Positions 18,726 to 28,078 of a stretch of 64,000 nt of DNA are shown here, in pieces. Each line of letters starts with the position of its first letter. The first letter of the stretch is position 1. The translations under genes and the position numbers were made by a program. Source of the DNA: an uncultured bacterium (GTDB taxonomy: Bacteria > Armatimonadota > Abditibacteriia > Abditibacteriales > Abditibacteriaceae); the NCBI GenBank assembly GCA_963843795.1, contig CAWJLW010000006.1:1364001-1428000 (forward strand). Reading direction: 5' to 3'. Below the pieces are notes generated by a model. It ran no database searches. It was not told the origin of the DNA and was given only the letters and a program-made list of their open reading frames with translations.

Positions 18726-20258
18726 GTGGGGCGCACAGTTGGCATTGATTTGGGAACCACGTATTCGGCGGTTGCGTGGGTGGACGAATACGGCAAACCG
18801 GCGATTTTAAAAAACGCCGATGGACAGGTCACGACACCTTCGGTCGTTTTTATCGACGCGCCCAATTTTGTGGTCGGCGAAACCGCGCTGCAAAGCACTA
18901 TCACCGATGGCGACCGCGTGGTGCAGTTCATTAAACGCCAGATGGGAGTGCCCAATTATCGCGCCATTATCGGCGGCGAAGAATATTCGCCGGAATTTCT
19001 GAGCGCGGTCATTATTAAAAAATTGGTGCAAGATGCGGAAATGGAATCGGGCGAGCCGATTTCGCATGCTGTTATCACCGTGCCCGCTTACTTCACTGAA
19101 ACTCAGCGTCAGGCGACAATTGAAGCCGGACAGATGGCCGGTTTGAACGTTCTACGCATTATCAATGAACCGACTGCTGCGGCCCTGAGTTACGGCATCT
19201 CGCGGCGCGGTCATAAGCGCAAAATCTTGGTTTACGATTTGGGCGGCGGCACTTTCGACGTGACGATTTTGCAGATCGAGCAAGACGAAATGAATGTGCT
19301 GTCGGTCGGCGGCGATCATCATCTGGGCGGCAAAGATTGGGACGACCGCATCATCGAATACGTCGAAGACGAATTGGAAAATCGTCATGGTGTTGCCATC
19401 CGCGATGATGTGGAACTTGCTTCGGAACTGCGACTGAAAGCCGAAGCCGCCAAGCGCCAGCTCACCGGTCGCCAGATGGTTCCGATTACGCTCAAAGCGC
19501 CAGTCAAAAACGACGATGGTTCGATCAGTGGTAAAACCGTGCCCGCCAAAGTCGAAATAACACGCGAAATTTTGGCCGAATTAACGCGTGATTTACTGGA
19601 CAGAACCGAAATGCTGCTCGAAGCGGTTCTGACTAAAGCCGGTTTGGAATGGCAGGATATTGACGATGTGCTTTCGGTCGGCGGCAGTTCGCGCATGCCG
19701 ATGGTCAACGAAATGCTTGAACGCATTACTGGCAAAAAGCCCTTATTGCACGATCCCGATGAATGCGTTGCCAAAGGCGCGGCATTGCAAGCCGCGCTGC
19801 TGTTGAAAAATCAAGCGGTTCCCGATGTCGCAGTCGGTCACGTGCTCTCTCATTCGCTGGGCGTTGCCGTTATGGAAAATGGCCGTCCGATAATCGACCA
19901 TATCGTGCCCGCTTTGACGCGCCTGCCGACGGTGCAAGTTCGCGATGGATACACGACTTCGCAAGACAACCAGACTTTGGTGCAGGTGCGCGTTTACGAA
20001 GGCGAAAGCAAAGATTTGGAATCGTATGGCAAAGGCCCGATTGGCATTTTCGACATCGATAGTAGCCCGCCGCGTCCGCGCGGTCGCCCGCAAATTTCCC
20101 TCGAATTTCGCTGCGATGAAAACGGCAAAATCACCGCGCTGGGCCGCGACCGTGATACCGGAAAAGAAAGTAGCCTGACAATTGCGTTGCAGGGTTTGCG
20201 CTCGGAAACCGAACAGTCGGCAGAAGCTGCGCAACTGGCTAACGCTTCGATTTCCTAA
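18726..20258 (+). CDS. Hsp70-family protein (510 aa, no C-terminal lid)
   Basis: GIDLGTTYS, TVPAYF, NEPTAAA, DLGGGTFD, VGGSSRMP; GTG start after GGAG. Confidence 0.92.
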   Translation: MGRTVGIDLGTTYSAVAWVDEYGKPAILKNADGQVTTPSVVFIDAPNFVVGETALQSTITDGDRVVQFIKRQMGVPNYRAIIGGEEYSPEFLSAVIIKKLVQDAEMESGEPISHAVITVPAYFTETQRQATIEAGQMAGLNVLRIINEPTAAALSYGISRRGHKRKILVYDLGGGTFDVTILQIEQDEMNVLSVGGDHHLGGKDWDDRIIEYVEDELENRHGVAIRDDVELASELRLKAEAAKRQLTGRQMVPITLKAPVKNDDGSISGKTVPAKVEITREILAELTRDLLDRTEMLLEAVLTKAGLEWQDIDDVLSVGGSSRMPMVNEMLERITGKKPLLHDPDECVAKGAALQAALLLKNQAVPDVAVGHVLSHSLGVAVMENGRPIIDHIVPALTRLPTVQVRDGYTTSQDNQTLVQVRVYEGESKDLESYGKGPIGIFDIDSSPPRPRGRPQISLEFRCDENGKITALGRDRDTGKESSLTIALQGLRSETEQSAEAAQLANASIS

Positions 20259-20315
20259 TCTTGAAAACAAAAAATAAGCGCTGCAAGTACTTGCAAGGCG
20301 TGATAAACGAAAATT

Positions 20316-20567
20316 ATGGCTTATCAACTTAACGACCGCGTGATTATTTTGCGTGGTGGCATCGAAGGCTTTCCAAGCGTCAGCTTGGACAACATCCCGG
20401 GCCGCGTCTGCTCCACACACGCCAACGCCCTACCGGGTATGATTTCGGTATGGGTCGATTGGTCGAAAACCAAATACGCCCACATCGAAGGTCTCCCGCC
20501 CGTTATCAACAATTTCCCCGCCGACCTCAAACCCTTCGACGAGCGCCCGAAATTGAAAATGGTATAA
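20316..20567 (+). CDS. Small hypothetical protein (83 aa)
   Basis: Co-oriented after the Hsp70 gene and followed by a terminator hairpin. Confidence 0.65.
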   Translation: MAYQLNDRVIILRGGIEGFPSVSLDNIPGRVCSTHANALPGMISVWVDWSKTKYAHIEGLPPVINNFPADLKPFDERPKLKMV

Positions 20568-20586
20568 ATATTCAAGAGCAGACACG

Positions 20587-20622
20587 AAAAAGCGTCAAAG
20601 GCCGCGGCCTTGACGCTTTTTT
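20587..20622. terminator. Bidirectional terminator-like hairpin
   Basis: AAAAAGCGTCAAAGGCC-GC-GGCCTTGACGCTTTTTT between convergent genes. Confidence 0.75.
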
Positions 20623-20664
20623 CTTTGGCTTTAGCGGTTGCTTTTTCTGTGGATCGAAGCGTCA

Positions 20665-21099
20665 CTATTGATAAGTGCGCCCGTTGTGTTTAAGCCAACC
20701 TGATATGTGGTGTCCTTTGGGGTCGTGGTGCGTCCAGTGGACAATACCACCCTGATTGTTCCACACGTATTCTCCGAAGAAACGTAGGCTATCGTTCTTT
20801 TGTATCCCAACGATTCTCGGTGCGATATCGATGTTATGCGTAATGAGTACCGTCTGGCCCGATGCGAGGCGGACGACCAAACGCTGATGACTACTGCCTT
20901 CAAGGTCGTCCGGCAAAATGCGAATGACCACGCCTTCGCCCTCTACCTGAACATTGCTCGCTCCCTTTTCGAACGCGCGCCCGATTGAATTGTCGCTGTT
21001 GACCGCACTTGCGTTTGGCTTCGCGAACTGAACTGCACGCCCATAGCCTGTCCAGTTCAAAGCGCACACAAATAGTGCAGCAATGTAAATCCGTTTCAT
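20665..21099 (-). CDS. DUF3465 domain exported protein
   Basis: Signal peptide MKRIYIAALF; LPDDLEGSSHQR, HNIDIAPR, GGIVHWTHHDP. Confidence 0.85.
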   Translation of the reverse strand: MKRIYIAALFVCALNWTGYGRAVQFAKPNASAVNSDNSIGRAFEKGASNVQVEGEGVVIRILPDDLEGSSHQRLVVRLASGQTVLITHNIDIAPRIVGIQKNDSLRFFGEYVWNNQGGIVHWTHHDPKGHHISGWLKHNGRTYQ

Positions 21100-21197
21100 A
21101 GGTAATTGCTCCCAACTTTGCTTCAATGTGATTAGGGAATTGTAACCCAACTTGGCTTCGATTTACGAGATTTTCGCACGGTTGTTAGATAAATTCA

Positions 21198-22421
21198 TCA
21201 TTGGTGCGACGAATGGAATCGCACATCGCTTTGCATCACCATCACTTGATACGGATTCCACGTCGATAGCGTATAAAATATTCGGCAGCCGCGTGGTAAT
21301 AAACCCGTCGCGGGCAACGCTTTGGTAAAGCGCGCCATCAGATACGGCCCATATTCGCCGCCCCATTCGGCTTCGCGTCCCGCATCGCTCAATTTGTCGG
21401 CGTCTGCTTTGAACTGCGATGAAATATGCATGAATTTGCCGTAGCCACCATCGCGCCACGGATCGAAAATTAGTTCGGCATCCGTCCAAGGGCCAGCCGG
21501 TCTAAGCGCCGAGCGCATTACAACGCCGCGCGGGTTGCTCGAATTGTATAACATTAGCCAGCGCCCGATCGGTTCGCAATACGCGACCGAAAATTCGCCC
21601 ACCGTCGGGTGAATAAACAAAGGTGCGGCCTCGCTTTCTCTTGCCGACCAGCGCGCGTTTCCTGCGCGGTCTTTGCCGCTCCAATACGACCACGCACTTG
21701 CGATTGCGATGTTTTTAGCGCGCGTGCGGGCGAGATAAACGTTGCTTTTACGATATTCGCCGCTGCCGAAAAGATAAATCCAGCCATCTTTCTGCCACAA
21801 CGAAACATTAATAAAATGCTGATGCGAAAGCGGATAGAGCGCGCGAAAAGTGCGCCCATCATCATCGGAAACCGCCAGGATCGAACGGCCCATAATATTG
21901 GCACGCTCGGGCCAGTTCGTCGTAAAAACGACATGAATTTTGCCGCCAACCGAAATGCCGCCGCTGGGGATTTCAAATTCTCGACGCTCGACTCCGGGTG
22001 CAATCGGCGGCAGCCATTCGCCATTGGTATCGCGATAAAAATCTAACTTGATATGCGCTGGGTCGCGGCTCTGGCTCCACGCGACGGCATCGACCAAGCC
22101 GGGTTGTCCCCAAGTATCGCCGAACAGAAAAAACAGTTTGCCCTGGTGCTCGAACGAACTGCCCAAATCGGTTGCATCCGCGCCAAAACGCTGGCCGGTC
22201 AAATTCAACGTCGGCTCGCCTTTGGCGCGATCATAATCGCCGGTTAATTGGCTCAAGCGTTGGGTCGAACCGCTCACGTAACGTAGCGCCTTTTCTTGAG
22301 CATTGGAAGGTTCGAAATTGGCTACTAAAAGCGTTAAGGCAGTCAACAGGACACGATAAAAAGTCGCGCATACAGAACAATTTTTCAATTGCATAGCTGT
22401 CAATTGAAAGTCGTCGCGCAT
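21198..22421 (-). CDS. DUF4185-like secreted beta-propeller protein (possible glycoside hydrolase)
   Basis: ATDLGS, FLFGDTW, GEFSV, YGPY, STWNPYQV; start uncertain. Confidence 0.7.
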   Translation of the reverse strand: MRDDFQLTAMQLKNCSVCATFYRVLLTALTLLVANFEPSNAQEKALRYVSGSTQRLSQLTGDYDRAKGEPTLNLTGQRFGADATDLGSSFEHQGKLFFLFGDTWGQPGLVDAVAWSQSRDPAHIKLDFYRDTNGEWLPPIAPGVERREFEIPSGGISVGGKIHVVFTTNWPERANIMGRSILAVSDDDGRTFRALYPLSHQHFINVSLWQKDGWIYLFGSGEYRKSNVYLARTRAKNIAIASAWSYWSGKDRAGNARWSARESEAAPLFIHPTVGEFSVAYCEPIGRWLMLYNSSNPRGVVMRSALRPAGPWTDAELIFDPWRDGGYGKFMHISSQFKADADKLSDAGREAEWGGEYGPYLMARFTKALPATGLLPRGCRIFYTLSTWNPYQVMVMQSDVRFHSSHQ

Positions 22422-22465
22422 TAATGTTGCGCGCTTTTATAGAAAAGCAAATACCTGCCACGCTT

Positions 22466-23611
22466 TCACGACGAAGAATGACGCGACGCATAGCGCCGCC
22501 ATTCTTCGCGCAACGAACGCGTGAAAATACGCATGAAAAAAGGTAGAGGAGCGCGGTCGCTGAACGCGCCGATAACGGCGAGCAAGATGCGCGGAGAGAA
22601 ATGGGGCGTGTTGGAAATCGCGTAAATCGGTTCCCAATGATGCGGCTGCAAGCGCGTCTTGAAATCGCGCAAACCTCCAAAATTGTAAAAACGGCGTCCG
22701 TGAGCTTCCAGCCACCACCATACTGCGCGCAGCCAAAAAGGATGAGCATGGAGTTCGCGCTGAAATTCTTCCGGCTGCCATAATGGAGTCAATCCCAGCG
22801 TAAAATAATCGCAGCCACCGCGCGCACTGGCCTGCAACGCGCTGTCCACCAGTAGTTGCGTAGTGCCGTTGGGCGCATCGCTTCGTCGCACGATTTGTTC
22901 GACCAGCCAACCAGCGCGCGCGGGCACCGGCGTCAAAACCAGATATGCTACCACGCGATTCCCAAACCGTGCTACAAAAATCTGGCGGTCACTCAAACGT
23001 GGCAGGAGTTGCGGCTCAACCAAGAAATGCAGTGGCGGCAGGGGGCGCGTGTCCAGCCAATCGTCCAACGCGCCGCGCAGTTCATCCAACACGTCTTCGG
23101 TCAGCGTGGCGCAAGTTTCATCGTCGCTACAACTTGGCGCGTGGTCGCCGCGATAACGTTCGATGATTACGTCCTTGTTGCGAGCGCGCTGAATCTGGCC
23201 ACGCAGCGAACTGTGTTTTTTCACGACATCGGACCAATCGCACGGGCGCCACACCGGTTGAGCACCCAGCAAAATCGTGGCGTAACGCGAGGAGAAAGGC
23301 GCGGAGTCGAACACATTTTTTAAACGCGTTCCGGCACCAAAATAACACACGGTTTCGGCATTTTTGGTCGCCTCCTTTTCCCACAATTGCAACACCTGAT
23401 GCAAATCATTGTCGTGGCAAATTGGCGCGCCCGCCACCATGCGCACGCGATGGCGCCGCGCATATGCAATGACAGCGCATGGTGCATCATCGCGCGTGAC
23501 GAACCAAAAGCGCAAACGCGGATGCAATATTTGATATGACGAAGCGTTCCAGCCGTGACGCAGCACCAATTGGCGCGCGTCTTCTAGTTGTCGCTGGCGA
23601 ATCGCATTCAT
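22466..23611 (-). CDS. DUF2156 / phosphatidylglycerol lysyltransferase C-terminal-like domain protein
   Basis: VAGAPIC, RRSDAPNGT, TLGLTPL, FYNFGGLRDFKTRLQPHHWEP. Confidence 0.8.
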   Translation of the reverse strand: MNAIRQRQLEDARQLVLRHGWNASSYQILHPRLRFWFVTRDDAPCAVIAYARRHRVRMVAGAPICHDNDLHQVLQLWEKEATKNAETVCYFGAGTRLKNVFDSAPFSSRYATILLGAQPVWRPCDWSDVVKKHSSLRGQIQRARNKDVIIERYRGDHAPSCSDDETCATLTEDVLDELRGALDDWLDTRPLPPLHFLVEPQLLPRLSDRQIFVARFGNRVVAYLVLTPVPARAGWLVEQIVRRSDAPNGTTQLLVDSALQASARGGCDYFTLGLTPLWQPEEFQRELHAHPFWLRAVWWWLEAHGRRFYNFGGLRDFKTRLQPHHWEPIYAISNTPHFSPRILLAVIGAFSDRAPLPFFMRIFTRSLREEWRRYASRHSSS

Positions 23612-23857
23612 GACAATCGTTGGCTCAGCTCCGCCTGAACTCTCGCAAGTACCTGCAACGCATTTGGAAACTTCCTCCCGAGTTTATGAATAATCATGCA
23701 GCAAGTGACCTTAATAACGCCCCTCAACAACCATTTTCATATAATCCGGCACTGAACTCTCGGGAAAGAGAAAACCACTCAAAGCTCAAAATTAACGCCC
23801 GCAAGTACTTGCAAGTACTTGCGGGCGTTGTTTAGCATTCACTGGAAATTGAAATGC

Positions 23858-25162
23858 TTATTGAGCGGGCGCGGGTTCGGCCAACGCTTTGGTAATGGCA
23901 GCTTCAAGCGCTTCGCCGCGCGCGTTTAAAGCGGCGATTTTGCCGTCGCGACCGATGATCATGGCAAAAGGAATCGCGCGCACACCGAAAGTTTTGCCAG
24001 CTTCACTTTCCCATCCTTTGCCGTCGAAAACCTGACGCCACGGCATTTTATTGTCCGCGATATATTTGTCCAGTGCGCCTTTGTCTTCGTCGAGCGAAAT
24101 GCCAACGATATCGAAGCCCTGATCGTGATATTTGTTGTAGTTCGCGATTACATTAGGCATTTCCGCTCGGCACGGCGGGCACCACGTCGCCCAAAAATCG
24201 ACCAGCACAACTTTTCCTTTGTAATCATTGAACGAAATCGGAGCGCCCTTCAAATCGGTCGCTTTGAGTTCAATGGGCACCGCACCGGTGCGCAAACGCT
24301 CGTCGTAAGTCGGGTTCAAGTCATCGACCAGTTGCGCAGTCGCAGCGGGTGTGAATTTGAGCGCGGTCGCTTCGATTTTCGGATTGACTTTAACATTGGT
24401 ATAGCTTTCGATTTGCGAAATCGCGCGCGCACCCACTTTGTAATTGACGCTGAAACGGCGCACCAGCTTGTCTTTGGCACCCAGCACATAACTCATAGCG
24501 ACGGGCAAGGTGTTCGGCCCCTGTTTAATTTCCAAACCGATATTAACGACTTTCAATTCGGTGGGCTTCAAGTCCAAACCTGTGGCTTCTTCAGCAGTTG
24601 CGACGTGCGAATTCAAGGTTTTGATACTGTCGCCGTAAGCAGCCAGCGGATCGGCATCGGTCAAAAATGTGCCCAAAGAAAGTCCGACCTGCCCGATTTC
24701 GCTCATCGCTTCGGCCAGTACACTTGTCGCTTCGCCTGCGGGTGCGCTGGTATATCGGGTGGCATCGCCCACGACTTTGGTTTCGATAACCTTTCTATCG
24801 CTCACATATTTTTGATAGGTTTGCGGCCCCATTTTCACTTCGGCCATCAGCATATTGGGGCGCTGCCATGCTACTTTACCTCTCAAAGGCTGAGCGGTGC
24901 CGTTGTTCCACGTCACGTCCGAGCTGTAGCTGTTTAAACTTTTGTAGGCCGTTGCGCTGTCTTTCATGAGCTGGCGCGCTGCCTTCATTGCAGCAACGGC
25001 GCTGGCGTCGGTTCTGGCAACGGTGGGCTTGGCTTTAGTCGCTTTGGCAGAGGAAGCTTTGGTAGCAGGTTTTGCCGTTTTAGTCTGGGCGTGGGCGCTG
25101 CTGTGCAGCGAAATCAGGGCTGCCAGCGCCAGCGGTGACAGGGTGCGAACAATGGGTTTCAT
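23858..25162 (-). CDS. Exported TlpA-family thiol:disulfide oxidoreductase with N-terminal LolA/DUF2092-like region
   Basis: Signal peptide; GKVVLVDFWATWCPPC, GISLD, VRAIP. Confidence 0.85.
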   Translation of the reverse strand: MKPIVRTLSPLALAALISLHSSAHAQTKTAKPATKASSAKATKAKPTVARTDASAVAAMKAARQLMKDSATAYKSLNSYSSDVTWNNGTAQPLRGKVAWQRPNMLMAEVKMGPQTYQKYVSDRKVIETKVVGDATRYTSAPAGEATSVLAEAMSEIGQVGLSLGTFLTDADPLAAYGDSIKTLNSHVATAEEATGLDLKPTELKVVNIGLEIKQGPNTLPVAMSYVLGAKDKLVRRFSVNYKVGARAISQIESYTNVKVNPKIEATALKFTPAATAQLVDDLNPTYDERLRTGAVPIELKATDLKGAPISFNDYKGKVVLVDFWATWCPPCRAEMPNVIANYNKYHDQGFDIVGISLDEDKGALDKYIADNKMPWRQVFDGKGWESEAGKTFGVRAIPFAMIIGRDGKIAALNARGEALEAAITKALAEPAPAQ

Positions 25163-25366
25163 AATGTTTTGATTTTCCTTAAATCACAAAGTGAACGGCA
25201 AACGTTGAAATTGCAAACGTTTGAAATTAACGCAGGCTTGCGACCTCTTGAAGCGCCCAAAGTTCCGCAAAACTCTGACATCGCTTCTGTCACTGCCGAC
25301 TCAGTTCACATAACTGAATATACATCGGACAAGATATAGAGAATGTGTGGGCCCTTTTCGGTTTGG

Positions 25367-26338
25367 TCAGGTTTCGTCAGTGGGAAGATTGAATTTGCGC
25401 TTCAACATTTTGCCCATTTCGCCCATTCTGAAATAGCGCCCGTAAAGTTTCAACACCGCGCCCAGAGCGCGCGCGCCCACACCCAGCAGGACAATCGGAG
25501 CAAAAATGATTTTCGGACCGCGCAAATAATGTTTGAAAGCAAAACGCAGCATCGAAGCGTGAAAACGTCGAATCATTGCGCCTTGCGCCCAGTCGCTTGA
25601 AGCGCCGATGCGGTGCGTAATTGTAGCGACCGGCGCATAAAATCGTGGCCAACCGGCGGCTTTCAAGCGATAGCACACATCGACATCTTCGCAATACATG
25701 AAAAATGCCTCGTCCCACAACTGCTCCCCGCGCGCGATTTGATCCATAGCTTCGCGTCGAATGAGTAGCGCGCAACCTGAAAGCCAGTCGACAGCGCTGG
25801 CACGATTATGATCGAAGCCTGCCATCAGATATCCGCGCGTCCAGGGGTTGTTAGGCCATAATCGGCCCAGCGGAGTGTTGCGAAAAAAGCCCGCGCCCAG
25901 CGAGGGAAAAGCGCGACACGAGGCTTGCAACGAACCATCAGGATTGAAAATTTTTGGTCCGCAAGCGCCCACTCTGGGATTGGCATCCATCCAATCAACC
26001 AGCGCGTCAAGCGCACCTTCGTGAACAATCGTATCGGGATTGAGAAACAGCACATAGCGTCCGCGCGCGCGCTGCAAACCGATGTTGTTACCGCCCGCGA
26101 AACCGGTGTTGCGTTGCAGCGCCAGCAGTTCAAATTGCGGAAATTCAGCGCGCACCATCTGCGCCGAATCATCCAAGAGCGAATAATTATCGACCACGAT
26201 TATTTGAATCGTGTGGCGATGCGCTTGATCCGCGATGGAACGGAGGCAGGCGCGCAAATAATTCTCAGCGTTCCAATTCAGAATTACGACCGATAAATCG
26301 ACTGGCGTTGAATTGTCGTTGGATGCGAGCAGGGGCAT
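25367..26338 (-). CDS. GT2 glycosyltransferase (WbbL-like)
   Basis: SVVILNWN, VVDN, NTGFAGGNN, FLNPD, FFMYCEDVD. Confidence 0.92.
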   Translation of the reverse strand: MPLLASNDNSTPVDLSVVILNWNAENYLRACLRSIADQAHRHTIQIIVVDNYSLLDDSAQMVRAEFPQFELLALQRNTGFAGGNNIGLQRARGRYVLFLNPDTIVHEGALDALVDWMDANPRVGACGPKIFNPDGSLQASCRAFPSLGAGFFRNTPLGRLWPNNPWTRGYLMAGFDHNRASAVDWLSGCALLIRREAMDQIARGEQLWDEAFFMYCEDVDVCYRLKAAGWPRFYAPVATITHRIGASSDWAQGAMIRRFHASMLRFAFKHYLRGPKIIFAPIVLLGVGARALGAVLKLYGRYFRMGEMGKMLKRKFNLPTDET

Positions 26339-26361
26339 AGTGCAAGTACTTGCAGTGTGCT

Positions 26362-26604
26362 TTAAGCCGATTTCTCGGAATCGGAATTGGTTACCAGTTC
26401 GGGCGCGCCGCACTGCGCGGCATCGTATTCGGGCGTGACGACAGCATCTTGCAGCATCATAATGGGCAACCCGTCTTCGACGGGAAATGCGAGGTGGCAG
26501 CGCGTGCAGACGAGTTGAGAGGCGGTCTCGTTTTCATTCAGTGCGGCGCGGTGCGGGCACGGACAGGTGAGAATTTCTTGAAGATGAGCGTCGATTAAAG
26601 CCAT
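26362..26604 (-). CDS. Trm112/YcaR family protein
   Basis: EILTCPC...LVCTRCHLAFPVEDGLPIM. Confidence 0.85.
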   Translation of the reverse strand: MALIDAHLQEILTCPCPHRAALNENETASQLVCTRCHLAFPVEDGLPIMMLQDAVVTPEYDAAQCGAPELVTNSDSEKSA

Positions 26605-26690
26605 GAAAAATTTCCTTTGCGGGTTGAAAAACGAGTCGGCAAAAAGCGCTGCAAGTACTTGCGGGCACTTGCGATTATACTTTCAAATCT

Positions 26691-28019
26691 ATGAACGCCG
26701 CCATCCAAACCCCCGTCGCCACCGATTCGCCGCTGCTGCAACGCGTTTGTCACATCTCGCACGCCGTGCAAGAAAATGGTGGCCGCGCTCTTTTAGTCGG
26801 CGGCTTCGTGCGCGACGAGTTGCTGGGCTTGCAGCCCAAAGATGCCGATATTGAAGTGTTCGGCATGGAGGCCGAAACCTTGCGCCAACTGTTGAAACTC
26901 TTTGGTCGCATCAATTGTGTGGGCGAGAGTTTTCAAGTTTATAAATTGGCGTGGCACCAGAGGGGGCAACGCTATGAACTCGATATTTCCATTCCACGCC
27001 ACGAACGTAAAATTGGCGCGGGCCACCGAGGTTTCATCACGCAAGGCGACCCCAACGCCAGCGTGGAAGACGCAGCGCGACGGCGCGATTTCACCATCAA
27101 TGCAATTCTGCGCGATCCCTTAACCGGTGAAATTCTCGACCCTTTTCATGGACGACAGGACTTGGAAGTGCGCCTATTGCGTATGGTCGATGCCGCCCAT
27201 TTCGGTGAAGATTCGCTGCGCGTTCTGCGAGCCGCACAGTTCGCCGCACGTTTCGAAATGACGATAGAAACCGAAACCTGCGAATTATGTCGCACGTTAG
27301 ATTTGGGCGATTTGCCCAAAGAGCGCGTGTGGGGCGAATGGGAAAAATTGTTGATGAAATCGGCGTGGCCTTCGCTGGGTGTGCGCGCGCTTTTCGCGAC
27401 TGGTGCACTGCCACAATTGCATCCGTATCTGGTCACGGCTTTGATGCGCCAGCGCCAGAAAATGTGCGACGCTTTGGACGGTGCGGCACGCGAACGCCAA
27501 AGTTTGGATTATACACGCGGCGTGACTTTGATGCTGGCCTGTCTGGGCAGTTTTTTGGGACATTGGCGCGCCCAAAACGGTCACGGAATCGTGCGTTTGC
27601 TGGACGATTTGAACATCTTCACGCTGAACAACTACGATGTGCGCAAAAACGCGATTTTGCTGTGCGGCGAACGCAAACGGGCCGCCGATTGGTTCCGCGC
27701 GCGCGACCAGATTACTGATCGCGATTTTCGGTTTTTAGCGGCGCGCGTCAATCCGCGCCTGATTTATCATCTCGCTCGCGCGCGTGGTGAAATTGAAGCC
27801 GCGCAATGGTTTCGCGAACGCATGGAAAGTTTAGACGTGTTCGATGGGCCGCCCGCACCGCTATTGATGGGTCGCCATCTGTTGGAAATGGGATTAAAAC
27901 CCGGCCCCGCAATCGGGCGCATCACCAATGCGGTGTGGATCGCGCAACTGAGCGGCGATGTGACCAACTTGGAGGAAGCGCTGGAAAGCGCGCGCAGGGA
28001 AATCGAAAGCGCCTCATAA
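26691..28019 (+). CDS. CCA-adding tRNA nucleotidyltransferase / poly(A) polymerase family
   Basis: VGGFVRD..DADIE, RRDFTINA, FGEDSLRVLRAAQFAARF, GLKPGPAIG. Confidence 0.9.
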   Translation: MNAAIQTPVATDSPLLQRVCHISHAVQENGGRALLVGGFVRDELLGLQPKDADIEVFGMEAETLRQLLKLFGRINCVGESFQVYKLAWHQRGQRYELDISIPRHERKIGAGHRGFITQGDPNASVEDAARRRDFTINAILRDPLTGEILDPFHGRQDLEVRLLRMVDAAHFGEDSLRVLRAAQFAARFEMTIETETCELCRTLDLGDLPKERVWGEWEKLLMKSAWPSLGVRALFATGALPQLHPYLVTALMRQRQKMCDALDGAARERQSLDYTRGVTLMLACLGSFLGHWRAQNGHGIVRLLDDLNIFTLNNYDVRKNAILLCGERKRAADWFRARDQITDRDFRFLAARVNPRLIYHLARARGEIEAAQWFRERMESLDVFDGPPAPLLMGRHLLEMGLKPGPAIGRITNAVWIAQLSGDVTNLEEALESARREIESAS

Positions 28020-28078
28020 CGCTGCAAGTACTTGCAGCGCTGTTTAATCTCATCAAACTCAAAAACTCACAAATAATT

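Noticed and set aside
27806..28078. N-terminal extensions in the ORF track (trmFO, guaA, GT2, SASA, Hsp70, guaB3, GH26)
   Set aside because: They run through intergenic DNA, often through the palindrome (giving ASTC/QVL/KYL peptides); downstream starts match the family N-termini or have an RBS
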